Shown piece by piece: positions 46,301-55,932 of a stretch of DNA of 64,000 nucleotides. The translations under genes were made by a program, and so were the position numbers. This DNA comes from a virus. Lineage: Duplodnaviria; Heunggongvirae; Uroviricota; Caudoviricetes. Numbering within the stretch: the stretch's first letter is position 1; every line of letters starts with the position of its first letter. The notes under the pieces were generated by a model that saw only the letters and a program-made list of their open reading frames with translations, did not search any database and was not told the origin of the DNA. The stretch covers positions 38,155-102,154 of the IMG/VR virus record IMGVR_UViG_3300044712_000568; one strand, written 5' to 3'.

Positions 46301-49300
46301 GTATATGCGGTAGAATCTACAGAACCATCTGCCTTTAAGAATTGTGAGCTAGTTCCTCCAGTCTTAACAAACGAAGATGCTGTTACTGAATTAACAAATG
46401 TTGTTGCTCCAGTCGATGTTATATTAACAGCATTCACATCATTTGCTGAAACATTTGATGTTTGTATTACAATGGATCCACCAATTCCCATTTGATTTAT
46501 ATACGATACACCAACTCTATTAAACATAAAGTTGTTAGCACCCATTGTGGTAAAGTATCCCAATCCAGTATTAACGAGAAGGGATCCAGTCATTGTATCA
46601 CCAATCTTATTAACTGGTGTATAAGTTAAGGCCGTAGTAACATCTGTACTAGTTAGGGTAATAGCTCCTAATCTAGTATTAAATGAAGTTACACCATCTG
46701 TAGTTAAAGCTAAAGTTCCAGATTTATCTTGAAGAGTAAATGTTCTATTTGCAGTAGCGGTAGATATAATTTCCGAACTGAATGATGATGCGCCAGGAGT
46801 CATCATTATAGTTCCAGATTTAGTTGGAGTTTCCATTACCCAAGAAGATCGGGTATTCCCAATTTTAATATACCCTGAAATAGCTGAGTTTTCTTCTACT
46901 TCTATTCCAGCACCATCACCGGAAGATGCAGCTCCACCTTTATTTACAGTAACTAACTTATCCGTGACTTGTAAATTAGTAGTATTAACGTAAGCTAATG
47001 TTCCTGCTATATTTACTGTATCACCAGATCCACCGATATTGATTGTAGTGATACCCGATCCGGTTCCAATATTTACTACTTGTGTTGTGGAAGCCGTACC
47101 TAAAGAAACAGTTGATGCAGTAGTACCACCAAGAGTTAAGACAGAACCATCAATAGATGTTATTCCAGTTAAATCCTGTTCTGCGCTACTTCTATTTATA
47201 GGAGTAGCTGTTGTCCCTATATACATGGTCTGATTATATGGAGCATATGTGGTATTATCATAAGAAATAGTTGTTCCAGCTATTTTGACAAACCCCGTTC
47301 CATTTAATGCTGGTTGTTTAGCATTAAATGTATTCCAATCAGTATTAGTTAATAACCCTGTTAAAGTAGTTGATGCATTCTGAGTTGCTAAGCTATGTTG
47401 AGTTGAAGTTAAATGGAAATACTCAGTAGCTGCGCCACCTTGTAAGCCTGCTAAATCATTATGACTTCCACCAAGAGAATTGGTAAATGGAGTTACGAAA
47501 GCGCTATCAATTTGTGTTGCAACATTGGCACCTTGTAGAACAATAATTCTTCCTACAAGAATAGCATGTGATGAAATTAAAGGCGGAACTGGGCCCGGCT
47601 GACTATTAACAGCTTCTGCCAAAGTTCCATAATTTCCTGTGCCAAGAGTAATATAAGCTTCAGATCTAGATTCTACTCCAATGTAAACATAATTTACAAC
47701 ATATCTATTTGGATTTACTGTTACTCGGTCAGTTCCATTATCATAATATAAATTATCATACTGATGAACTAATGTCGTAGTCCATACCCCACCCACATGA
47801 TAATTTATAAAAATGTTGTCTGTAGTAGAATTAAAATTCCCCAATACTGTCTTAACGGCACCAATCCAAACAGTACCTCCGGCTACAGTTACATTTCTAG
47901 TTCCAGTTTCTCCTAATCCTAAACCGGCTTCTCGTCTATATCTTTGAGTTTTAACAATAGACTGGTGAATTTTATTAGTTAATCCTAATCCTAAATTATC
48001 CCATTCTAATATATGTAAAGAAGTACCTCCACGATATAGTGTTAAAACTGGAATAATAGTAGTTTCATTAATAATAGTAACATCTTGAGTTACTCTTAAA
48101 ATAGGAGAACCATTATTATAATCTGCTACAAGATAATTAGTAACACCATCTACTGGAGTATATGTAGTTCCAGTTATAGAAAAGGCTGAAATAGAACCCA
48201 ATCCATTAGCATTTCTATATAAATTAAAGAAGCCAGTACCGACAGTAAAAGTCCCATTGTTATTATCTGTATAAGGAGGAGCTGCCTGAATACCTGCGGA
48301 GAGCAACGCATGTTTTGATATAATATCCCATCTACCAGAACCATTTGAAACTAATATCAAAGATTCGAACGGTCCAGTCATATTTGTATATGCTGTAGTT
48401 TCTATAACATCTGTTCCAGCACATGCGATATGTAAATAAGAAGTTGGGGATAATTTTCCAGATTCATCTACAATTTGTATTTGCTGATTAGGGATTGAAG
48501 CTGGAGGAAGGTATAGATTTCGAGTAGTTAAAATATTAGATATAGTAACTACTTTATCTTTAATATCAGTTAAAGTTATATCTGTATCATTAATTTCAAC
48601 ATGTTCATTTGGAATATGATAACTTACGGAATGTCCAAATTTAGATACATCAAAAAATTTAACTTTAGTATCATCTAAAAGACTAGTAACTCCTTGGCCT
48701 ACAATTAAATATCCTCTTAGAATACCATTATCTTTTATATTTTGTTCTGTAATAAAAGATTCGCCTAAATAAGACGCAATAGCCTCAGACAAAGAGCTAT
48801 ACAGTGCCTGACCATATTGAATTCTAGTTATACCAGATTGAAATAATGTAATTCTCTGTACTGTAAATTTATTTGCTGGTACAGAAGTTAGAACTCCATT
48901 TAGATCATAATTATTAGGATCTATGTAAGTAGTATTAGAATATTCCGTAGAATTTTGTAATCGGTATCTAAAAGTTACTGCAAGTTGTTGTGATATGGAT
49001 AAAGTATTTGGATCGTTATGTGCATTTTGAAAATTTGATCCAAATTTAAATAAACTACCTTGAGATTTATCAATTAATAAATTTGGTCCGTTAGCGGAAT
49101 AAATATTTCCTTCAATATTTAATGCTCCAACAGATACCATTAAGTCATGAATCTGAAGATTTGGATCTATGGCAGATGCACCAATATTGTTGATTGTATT
49201 TATATTTATTCTATTGCTATGAATTACAGCGCCAATACTTATTATTGTACGAGATTGTGCAGTAGTGAATGGAGATCCTTGCTGGATTATCGCTCCAGTA

Positions 49301-49713
49301 TTATCTATTCCAATATATGTAGCATTTTGTGTAGCTATATTGGTTACAGGAATTGCAGAAACTGCTGCGAATAAATGAAAACTACCAGTAGGTGCAATTG
49401 GATTACTATAATCTGTAAAATACAATATACTGCTACCAATATCAAATTTTGTATTATCTACATTGATAGATAATACTCCACCCGATAATAGTCCAGTATT
49501 AATAGGTTCTTTATTATTTAGTTGAGCTTGTAATTTATCAAAAGCTTGGTTTAAAGAATCAGATGGAGTTAATTGCAGATTATTACCAGTTGATGTATAA
49601 CCATTTAACACAGTAGTTTGTGCTATATCTGTTAAAGATGCTCCGGAACCAATAAAGTTACTGGCTGCAACTGTGCCATCTACTTGAACTGAATCTCTGA
49701 TTTGTTTTGCCAT
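43357..49713 (-). CDS. long mosaic tail fibre 1 (2118 aa) with C-terminal peptidase S74 chaperone
   Basis: Thr/Gly/Ser-rich repeats; SDARYK...GVLAQEV..VLP...LLIEAIKEL. Confidence 0.88.
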   Translation of the reverse strand: MAKQIRDSVQVDGTVAASNFIGSGASLTDIAQTTVLNGYTSTGNNLQLTPSDSLNQAFDKLQAQLNNKEPINTGLLSGGVLSINVDNTKFDIGSSILYFTDYSNPIAPTGSFHLFAAVSAIPVTNIATQNATYIGIDNTGAIIQQGSPFTTAQSRTIISIGAVIHSNRININTINNIGASAIDPNLQIHDLMVSVGALNIEGNIYSANGPNLLIDKSQGSLFKFGSNFQNAHNDPNTLSISQQLAVTFRYRLQNSTEYSNTTYIDPNNYDLNGVLTSVPANKFTVQRITLFQSGITRIQYGQALYSSLSEAIASYLGESFITEQNIKDNGILRGYLIVGQGVTSLLDDTKVKFFDVSKFGHSVSYHIPNEHVEINDTDITLTDIKDKVVTISNILTTRNLYLPPASIPNQQIQIVDESGKLSPTSYLHIACAGTDVIETTAYTNMTGPFESLILVSNGSGRWDIISKHALLSAGIQAAPPYTDNNNGTFTVGTGFFNLYRNANGLGSISAFSITGTTYTPVDGVTNYLVADYNNGSPILRVTQDVTIINETTIIPVLTLYRGGTSLHILEWDNLGLGLTNKIHQSIVKTQRYRREAGLGLGETGTRNVTVAGGTVWIGAVKTVLGNFNSTTDNIFINYHVGGVWTTTLVHQYDNLYYDNGTDRVTVNPNRYVVNYVYIGVESRSEAYITLGTGNYGTLAEAVNSQPGPVPPLISSHAILVGRIIVLQGANVATQIDSAFVTPFTNSLGGSHNDLAGLQGGAATEYFHLTSTQHSLATQNASTTLTGLLTNTDWNTFNAKQPALNGTGFVKIAGTTISYDNTTYAPYNQTMYIGTTATPINRSSAEQDLTGITSIDGSVLTLGGTTASTVSLGTASTTQVVNIGTGSGITTINIGGSGDTVNIAGTLAYVNTTNLQVTDKLVTVNKGGAASSGDGAGIEVEENSAISGYIKIGNTRSSWVMETPTKSGTIMMTPGASSFSSEIISTATANRTFTLQDKSGTLALTTDGVTSFNTRLGAITLTSTDVTTALTYTPVNKIGDTMTGSLLVNTGLGYFTTMGANNFMFNRVGVSYINQMGIGGSIVIQTSNVSANDVNAVNITSTGATTFVNSVTASSFVKTGGTSSQFLKADGSVDSTAYTTNVGTVTSVALTTPIGLSISGSPITTSGTLAISLTTGYAIPTTASQTNWDTAYTDRMKWDGGSTGLVASTGRISLGATTTGSNLFTLVDPAAVSYIRINADNTVSTLSATALRTAISAEPSLGNPTIDGYALTSTTLGVRSWAAMQPLNTTLTSLSALTNSPGVLTNNGSGILSWSSITSYAATIGDGTNTTITVNHSLNTTDITVAVYELTGSKRKVDSGIEIRSVDANNVSLIFNSAPALNSLRIIVMQSGSTFTANLFTNAINGYVPASGGGTVNFLRADGTWSAPIGSTTATLTIGNGLSGTSFNGSSAVTIAVSAPNNTTAATYYPVFATSQGISVVLGTNVNYTFNASTNALTIGGTLTAGNGISKFGANIAADTELQINGVSSQYRILRFTSSGSNRWAIFANSVAETGASVGSSLVVRSHDDAGLMIDDILTIPRAAGSTIAFSAARPITGLSFNSITGLATSNPLMNGVAAIGTSTLVAKQDHVHATDTSRQAALNGTGLVRMSGTTVSYDNNSYALTNQTMYIGTTAVAINRASSALSLTGVSIDGNAATATNVVWTGITSKPTTLLGYAITDIRNLGSFAVQAVAGTNQSCTTAQFITWLQSIYNFKNYMYTFGKCTWDYAGNNDISDTVVGAIEMAGCTVETFSDGAQYTIRIIRPNTGTGPSTELVYNDQGAGYSPGWRVALNNNNYNSYAPSLTGTGASGSWGISVTGSSASCTGNAATATALMTSGVSNTFAYSNSSNSPTYLWATDSNGSSYLAARGSISVNYASTSGTATNVSGGTVSTTGITISASSPNIQGIGSGSYDFLLLNRNAASVFGVYGNTINSFASGAFQVLSTAASTSVSTGALVVTGGAGINGAIYSGGIVYASDFSASSDARYKKEITKITNALDKLDKINGVTYKWNSQAPHSDTKEQVGVLAQEVIEVLPQAVETNEDGYMSVSYGKIVPLLIEAIKELKAEIEILKGGR

Positions 49714-49744
49714 AATAAACTAATTTCTCTTTAAAAGTATACTA

Positions 49745-50356
49745 TTATTTAACAACCACACGATATTGATTATTGAGCGGAATAGTGGTAAAATGGAGTT
49801 GAATTTCATTTACCGATAAAACACTCACAGAACAATCTACAGCACGTTTAAGGCCCGTTGCCTCCCAAACACCATAGACAATAGATTCAGTGTTTAATCC
49901 ATGATTAACTGTTATAGTGCTATCTACTCCATTTCCTATTAAAGTAGTATAAACAATAACTGGAGGTGTAGCACTTCCAGTTTGATCTGCCCAAACTGCT
50001 TCTGTACTAGAAGTAGCAGTTAAAACTTGACCAACTGTAGGAGCTGTGGTATTAGATATAGTTATAACTGTCTGTCCCGCTGATGTATTAGAAGCAAAAC
50101 TTCCGGCGGTGGCATCATTAATGTATCCCCAAGAACCACCGTCCCATAATAAAAGTTTATGTTGATCGGTATGAAAAATTTTATATCCTGGCTTACCTGT
50201 TACTTGAGCTTGAATTGTTTTAAATTGAAGAGTATTAAATTTTGGAATTAACTCAACTCTACCATTGGTGAGCAAATTACCAAGAATAAATTTAGTTGTA
50301 TCATAGGTTGAACCGACAGGAATTGTCGCATTAACTGAAGATTGAAAAGTTGCCAT
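49745..50356 (-). CDS. tail-fibre-related structural protein
   Basis: GQVLTATS linker; C-terminal TITVNHGLNT domain shared with fibre 1. Confidence 0.65.
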   Translation of the reverse strand: MATFQSSVNATIPVGSTYDTTKFILGNLLTNGRVELIPKFNTLQFKTIQAQVTGKPGYKIFHTDQHKLLLWDGGSWGYINDATAGSFASNTSAGQTVITISNTTAPTVGQVLTATSSTEAVWADQTGSATPPVIVYTTLIGNGVDSTITVNHGLNTESIVYGVWEATGLKRAVDCSVSVLSVNEIQLHFTTIPLNNQYRVVVK

Positions 50357-50386
50357 GTAATTTACCTAAATTATTCCGTCTCTCTA

Positions 50387-50398
50387 ATTTAATTAAAT
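50387..50398. promoter_or_regulatory. palindromic ATTTAATTAAAT: two overlapping divergent late-type boxes
   Basis: perfect 12-bp palindrome between divergent starts at 50356(-) and 50413(+). Confidence 0.55.
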
Positions 50399-50412
50399 AT
50401 AGGAAGAGTGTC

Positions 50413-50811
50413 ATGGCAACCAAAGAGACCTTAGCAACCGCAATTAATCAGGTACTGAACTCAATTCGCAAAGAGAAAGAAGCTGAGCGTATTGATATGG
50501 AACTGTTCGCTAATAACTGCATTAGAGAATTTCAAAGACTTGATCTTCCTTTCTATTCTATTGCTATAAGTACTAAAGATAAAAATAGAATTTCAATTGA
50601 GGCTCCCTTTCTAGTTAATTGCCATATCCAAGTGGAACAATATTTGTTTGGGTCTAAAGAAAAAGCTGCTCTTCTATATGTTAATGGAAGATCGGTTCGT
50701 AAAATTAGATTAGAAGATAATAATCCTGAATATATGGCTAGAATTGCTCATGCTTTATTAGATTATTTAAAACGATATATCATACTTAAAAATAAGTTTG
50801 ACTCTAAATAA
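50413..50811 (+). CDS. hypothetical protein, lone plus-strand gene in the late arm
   Basis: AGGA RBS before ATG 50413; own terminator. Confidence 0.7.
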   Translation: MATKETLATAINQVLNSIRKEKEAERIDMELFANNCIREFQRLDLPFYSIAISTKDKNRISIEAPFLVNCHIQVEQYLFGSKEKAALLYVNGRSVRKIRLEDNNPEYMARIAHALLDYLKRYIILKNKFDSK

Positions 50812-50840
50812 AAACAGCGGCTTTTAGCCGCTGTTCTTTT
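50811..50840. terminator. bidirectional Rho-independent terminator
   Basis: AAAACAGCGGCT-TTT-AGCCGCTGTTCTTTT between convergent genes. Confidence 0.82.
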
Positions 50841-50853
50841 AACTGCTTACTTA

Positions 50854-52833
50854 TTAAGTTAAGAAAACAATATCGTATAAATCTAAATAAGCTGTGGCTA
50901 TAGCTCTATCATCGATAGGACCTAATCGTTCTCCGGTTAAACTTATAGTTACAGTTAATGTGGAAAGATCTACATTAGTTAATGTACCAGTAGTTATTGG
51001 CGTAGTATTTATAATATCACCAATTCCAGATGATGCATCAACTAATGATATAGCCGCTCCACTGTTATATGAGAAATAAATACTAACAGAAGATATTGCA
51101 GTATATGTTCCTAGTGATGATATATTTTCTTCTGTGGTAGAAGTTCCTCTTAAATGTAAAGTTCCAGTTTTAGTTACTGAACCAAATCCAGAAAAACTAT
51201 AAGTTAATGAAGTAGTTGTAAATTTAGTAGAATATGTGGTAGAATCAACTGAAGTAGCCGATCCTGTATCTACTGCATTGGGGAAAATACTCATTGCTGT
51301 TCCAGCAGTTGGTCTATATGCAGAAGGCAATGGAATTGCACTAGGATCTGTTAATGTCCACACACAAGTATTTGAATATGTAGTACCAATACTATTGGAA
51401 CAAGCGCAACGAAGCCAATAAACTCCCGCCGTGATTAACGGTTGACCTGCTGGAGTAGAGAACATATTATAACCTGGAGGACTACTCCAAGAAAGCGTGG
51501 TAGTATTGCCTCCGGACCAAATACTATTCCAATTAATAGTCGGATCTAAATTATACCAAGTAGTTCCAAGATCTGAAGAAATATACCAAAGATATACTAA
51601 AGATCCAGTTCCACTAAAAGAGGCTGATATAGAACTACCAGGATCTCCATAGTTAATATTTAAAGAGGCTGGAGGACTTGATACTAAAGTTGGAGGAGCT
51701 GTTGCAACTGGTACAACATTTACTGTAACTGTTGCAGTAGTTGATCCGTCTCCAGCATACCAACCATTCGCTAAAATATGAATAACTTTTCCATTATCGG
51801 CAGATGTCCATGTTTTTGTGTAGGTGGAAGTTGCTCCAGCTACCCAAAGATACCCACCAGTTCCTGAACTAATACTATTAGGAGATCCTGAAGTTGGTAC
51901 ATCATATTTTAAATTATCAAAAACTAAATCAGTACCATACCAATTAAATACTGAAATAGTTCCAGCAGTAAGTGTAGCAATAATACTCGCAGAACTTCCC
52001 TCATTTACTGTGAGAGTAGAACCAACATTTACTGATAATACTGGAGTAACACTTACATGCTGAGATAAAGTTGCAATACTTGAGGTAGTATTACCATAGG
52101 CATTTGTTACTTTACAAGTATAATCAGCAAAATCCCCTGATACTATACCATTAATTGTAAAAGTTGAGGTAGAACTTACATAAACTGAAGGATCTGTAAA
52201 TACTAAGGTTGTTCCATTTTTATACCATTGTGCTGTTGTACTTCCAGTACTAGTATATACGCAATTAAAAGATACGTTCTGGCCTAAAGCAACTGCTTGA
52301 GAAGCTGGTTGAAGGGTAAATGCTGGGGCAGCAGCAATTGATGTACTAGTTCCAACAAGGTATGCAAATCTTCCAGTACCGTCTTTGCTAAAATGTACTG
52401 GATATGTTCCAAAGCCAAACGCATTAATGGCACTATTAAAAAGTTCATCAGTATATACTTTTCTAGGTGTTCCAGCAGTTGGCGCTATATAATCTAAAAT
52501 AGCCGTATATACTCCAGTAGCATTTCCGCCAGCCACTGTAATTTTAGAAGATAGTTGTTCTGTTGTAGAAGTGATATAAGAATATATACCACCAGTGCTT
52601 AAGGGCCCTATGGTAACATAAATAGTCGGATCTAATGTAACTGGGCCAATATCTATTTCGACACTAGCGCCATTTGCTGGCATTGTAAAAGCAACTGGAA
52701 CCATTTGTGGAGCAATATCCACGGTATAAGAATAGCCATAAACTTTACTAGTATCTGTGATAGAACTAGTTAAAGTCCACTTACCATTAGCTCCTAAAGC
52801 TATGGAGGCATTTACGGGAACTAGAGTAGACAT
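50854..52833 (-). CDS. Ig-domain virion protein with C-terminal adhesin-type domain
   Basis: PAFTLQPASQAV...QWYKNG...DYTCKVTNAYG (I-set Ig); C-terminal YRPT...YDIVF domain. Confidence 0.75.
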   Translation of the reverse strand: MSTLVPVNASIALGANGKWTLTSSITDTSKVYGYSYTVDIAPQMVPVAFTMPANGASVEIDIGPVTLDPTIYVTIGPLSTGGIYSYITSTTEQLSSKITVAGGNATGVYTAILDYIAPTAGTPRKVYTDELFNSAINAFGFGTYPVHFSKDGTGRFAYLVGTSTSIAAAPAFTLQPASQAVALGQNVSFNCVYTSTGSTTAQWYKNGTTLVFTDPSVYVSSTSTFTINGIVSGDFADYTCKVTNAYGNTTSSIATLSQHVSVTPVLSVNVGSTLTVNEGSSASIIATLTAGTISVFNWYGTDLVFDNLKYDVPTSGSPNSISSGTGGYLWVAGATSTYTKTWTSADNGKVIHILANGWYAGDGSTTATVTVNVVPVATAPPTLVSSPPASLNINYGDPGSSISASFSGTGSLVYLWYISSDLGTTWYNLDPTINWNSIWSGGNTTTLSWSSPPGYNMFSTPAGQPLITAGVYWLRCACSNSIGTTYSNTCVWTLTDPSAIPLPSAYRPTAGTAMSIFPNAVDTGSATSVDSTTYSTKFTTTSLTYSFSGFGSVTKTGTLHLRGTSTTEENISSLGTYTAISSVSIYFSYNSGAAISLVDASSGIGDIINTTPITTGTLTNVDLSTLTVTISLTGERLGPIDDRAIATAYLDLYDIVFLT

Positions 52834-52843
52834 TCAATTATCC

Positions 52844-54154
52844 TTATACCAGACCTACAGTTAACACTCCGCTATTAATAAATATTTCATAGCGAGTTCC
52901 TGTTGTTCTATCTGCTAAAATAATAGCAGAACCTCCGGCCCCACCCGAAGATATTTCCATAGAAACTCTATTAGTAGTATAGTTTCTGGTAAGAGTCATT
53001 CCTGGCTGTACCGCTGGAGTAACAAGACCGTTTCCTAGCATTACATCATAAGTTAATGGATCACTAGTACTACCATCTCCACCATTATTAGTAACTCTAA
53101 GAATATCTCCATAATCTTTAATGATTCGTCCATATGGCGCACCACTAGTAGAAGAACGTCTAAACTGTAATTTAGAATCTAATCCTTCTCCACTTGCTAA
53201 TGAACTATTATAATCTAAGTATAAGTCAGCTTGATAAAAATGTTTAGCCGTAAGAATTGTTTCAATACCAGTTAAGTGTACAGCATTAGTATCTGTTCCT
53301 GTAGTGATAGGAGTTGTCCAAACCCACGAGGAACCAGCTTTAGTTAACATTTGACCATCTAATCCTGCTCCAGGAAGAGATAAGCCATCTAAAGAACCTA
53401 TCAAATTACCATTAAATGTAGTAGCATTAACAGTGTTAAATGTTTTAGTTCCAGTAATACTTTGAACAGTTCCAAGAGTAACATAACTTGTAAGAGCAGA
53501 AGTAATATCTGAAGTTAATGCCAAAGTTCCAGAAGTTGTAGGAGAAGTTAAAGATACTGTAGAGGAATTTGGAATTAATGTCATAACTCCTGCGCTAGCT
53601 GGAGCTTTGATATCCCAGCCAGTTCTTCCAGAAGATACTTGAAAATATCCAGTATTAGATCCAGCTTCTTCTACAGAAATACCTGCACCATTACCAGTGC
53701 TAGCTAATCCATTTTTATTTACAACAATATTTTTATCATTTACAGTGACATTAACAACATTCAAAGATGTGGTAGTACCATTTACTACCAGATCTCCACC
53801 TACTGTAAGATTACCTGTGGCATTTACTGAGGTAAAACTAGCAGTTCCAGCAACAATTGTACCAGTAAAATTAGTAGTATTTTGAAATGTGTTTACTGAA
53901 GTATATGTATTTGCTGAATCAATATAAGAAAAATTTAAAGTGGTAGAACCATTCTGTGAAAGAGATAGTTTCCAATTGCCAGAAATCTTTTCCGCCTTGA
54001 TATGAGGGTTGTTATTATACCCAGGAAGATTTGACATTTGAAAGACCAAGTATTTTGGTTGATCCAAGTTTAAATCTGTGGGATCTCCAATTACAAAGTC
54101 TCTATTATTAGTGGTTGTATATCTAAATTGGCTAGGTACTAATTCACCAGACAT
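52844..54154 (-). CDS. tail-fibre-like structural protein
   Basis: GNLTVGGDLVVNGTTT...VNDKNIVVNK, QSITGTKTF fibre motifs; box at 54173-54180. Confidence 0.7.
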   Translation of the reverse strand: MSGELVPSQFRYTTTNNRDFVIGDPTDLNLDQPKYLVFQMSNLPGYNNNPHIKAEKISGNWKLSLSQNGSTTLNFSYIDSANTYTSVNTFQNTTNFTGTIVAGTASFTSVNATGNLTVGGDLVVNGTTTSLNVVNVTVNDKNIVVNKNGLASTGNGAGISVEEAGSNTGYFQVSSGRTGWDIKAPASAGVMTLIPNSSTVSLTSPTTSGTLALTSDITSALTSYVTLGTVQSITGTKTFNTVNATTFNGNLIGSLDGLSLPGAGLDGQMLTKAGSSWVWTTPITTGTDTNAVHLTGIETILTAKHFYQADLYLDYNSSLASGEGLDSKLQFRRSSTSGAPYGRIIKDYGDILRVTNNGGDGSTSDPLTYDVMLGNGLVTPAVQPGMTLTRNYTTNRVSMEISSGGAGGSAIILADRTTGTRYEIFINSGVLTVGLV

Positions 54155-54192
54155 TTGTTTTCCTTTTACTATACTTAATTAAATATTTCATA

Positions 54193-55932
54193 CTACGATA
54201 CGTTAATAACTTTAAGAATTGACTGACCGCCATTTCCTATATATAAAGTATTATTATAATATGTCAAACCCAATGGAGCAATATTTGCAGTTAACCCAGA
54301 ACCTTCGCCATTTCCAGCTGTTCCTGTACCCATTACTGTAGTTATAGTCCCAACTCCTCCAGACATTGCCATACGTCTTATAAAAAGACCACTTTGGATA
54401 TAAAAAATTCCAGGGGCTCCTTCAACTATTGCATAAGGTCTATTAAGTCTTGCCGCATTTCCAGTTCCGTCAATATTTCCTGTAGAACCTGCCAATCCTG
54501 CTACTGTAATAGTAACACCGGCTGGAGTAACTTGACGTATAATAGAATTTTCTGTATCTGCTACATAAATATTACCATCTGATCCCATACAAACGCCTCT
54601 TGGATTATTAAATCTAGCTGCTGAACCTGTACCATCTGTACTTCCTGTGCTACCAGAGGTTCCTGCTATTGTTGTAACCACTGCTCCAGGTATTGTAATT
54701 GCGCATAAAATATGTCTATCAGCATCAAAAAAATATCCAATAGTTCCTGTAGAGTTAAAAACTATATTTCTTACTCCATAGAATCGTGCTGCGGTACCTG
54801 TTCCCATAGTACTACCAGATACTGTATAATTTCCTGCAAATATAGAAGATACTCCACCAGTAATTCTTCTAATAGAATTAGCAGCCCCATTACCGTCAGA
54901 AATATATAAATCTCCAGTAATATTATTATAGCTTGCAGCAAATGGCCAACCGCTTGTAGCTGTGCCTGGAACTGCGCCATCGACAGGTACACCATATTGC
55001 GCTCCCGGAGCGCCTTGTCCAACCATTAAAGTAGTAACTACCCCAGCTTGAGTAGTTTTTCGTACACAGTGCCCGTCATACGGGGCCGCTCCTAAATCCA
55101 AAGAGCCAGTATAGATATCACCATTAGTTGTATTTATAGATAAATGGTATATTTCTGAAAATCTAGCAGCCGTTCCGGTAGCATCTACTCGGCCTTCAGA
55201 TCCATATAATCCAGCTAAAGTAGTACTTACATAGGGAATTACTGGTGGAACATATGGAATTGGGGATATATAAGTTTCATGTATATTTCCGGTGACTGGA
55301 ACTACAGAAGTTGCTCTATAGTGCTGTAAAATTTCGGATCCTGATAACGCTGTAGTATAACATCTAATATCTCGTACAGTTCCGTTTAAATATTCAGTAG
55401 TTGCTGAATTTATTAAATAAGAATTTACAGCAGCCATACTAGCGCCTTGTGCCGCTGAAGTATATCCTAATTTACCATTTATGTATAATTTTGCAGTACT
55501 TCCTGGAATAATAACCCAAGCTAAATGAACCCAAATATTAGAGGGAATATTAATAGTACTTTGAATCCAACCAGTTGTTGAATCCCAATAACTTAAAACT
55601 CGTGTTCCAGATCTACTAATAATAAAAGTACGTCTAGTTCCAGAAGTGCCCCAAGTAAAATAGGTTTCATGACCTCCGGTAGCTGTTCCAGCTTTTAGCC
55701 ATCCCATAACTGTACATGATTGAGTATTTGTTAAAGTCATAGCTGAATTTGTCGAAAAAGAAACGTACTGATTAACAGAAGTAAATTTTATTCCTCCCGT
55801 AGAATCCCATGTGGCTCCTCCAAATAATGATCCTGTTACGGATAATTTTGTGTTTGCTACAGAAGAACCTGAACCTTCTCTACAAGGAATTACAGCGCCT
55901 AAGAAATTTCGTTTTGTTTCTCTAACGGCCAT
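54193..55932 (-). CDS. LamG/concanavalin-like + NHL-repeat beta-propeller virion protein
   Basis: WVHLA...LYING...DIRCYTTALS; AARFNNPRGV...NIYVADTENSIIR repeats. Confidence 0.85.
   Translation of the reverse strand: MAVRETKRNFLGAVIPCREGSGSSVANTKLSVTGSLFGGATWDSTGGIKFTSVNQYVSFSTNSAMTLTNTQSCTVMGWLKAGTATGGHETYFTWGTSGTRRTFIISRSGTRVLSYWDSTTGWIQSTINIPSNIWVHLAWVIIPGSTAKLYINGKLGYTSAAQGASMAAVNSYLINSATTEYLNGTVRDIRCYTTALSGSEILQHYRATSVVPVTGNIHETYISPIPYVPPVIPYVSTTLAGLYGSEGRVDATGTAARFSEIYHLSINTTNGDIYTGSLDLGAAPYDGHCVRKTTQAGVVTTLMVGQGAPGAQYGVPVDGAVPGTATSGWPFAASYNNITGDLYISDGNGAANSIRRITGGVSSIFAGNYTVSGSTMGTGTAARFYGVRNIVFNSTGTIGYFFDADRHILCAITIPGAVVTTIAGTSGSTGSTDGTGSAARFNNPRGVCMGSDGNIYVADTENSIIRQVTPAGVTITVAGLAGSTGNIDGTGNAARLNRPYAIVEGAPGIFYIQSGLFIRRMAMSGGVGTITTVMGTGTAGNGEGSGLTANIAPLGLTYYNNTLYIGNGGQSILKVINVS

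Noticed and set aside
38393-52833. Diversity-generating retroelement acting on adhesins or fibres
   Set aside because: No reverse transcriptase in the window, and no near-identical repeat pair differing only at adenines was noticed; paralogs differ at all positions.
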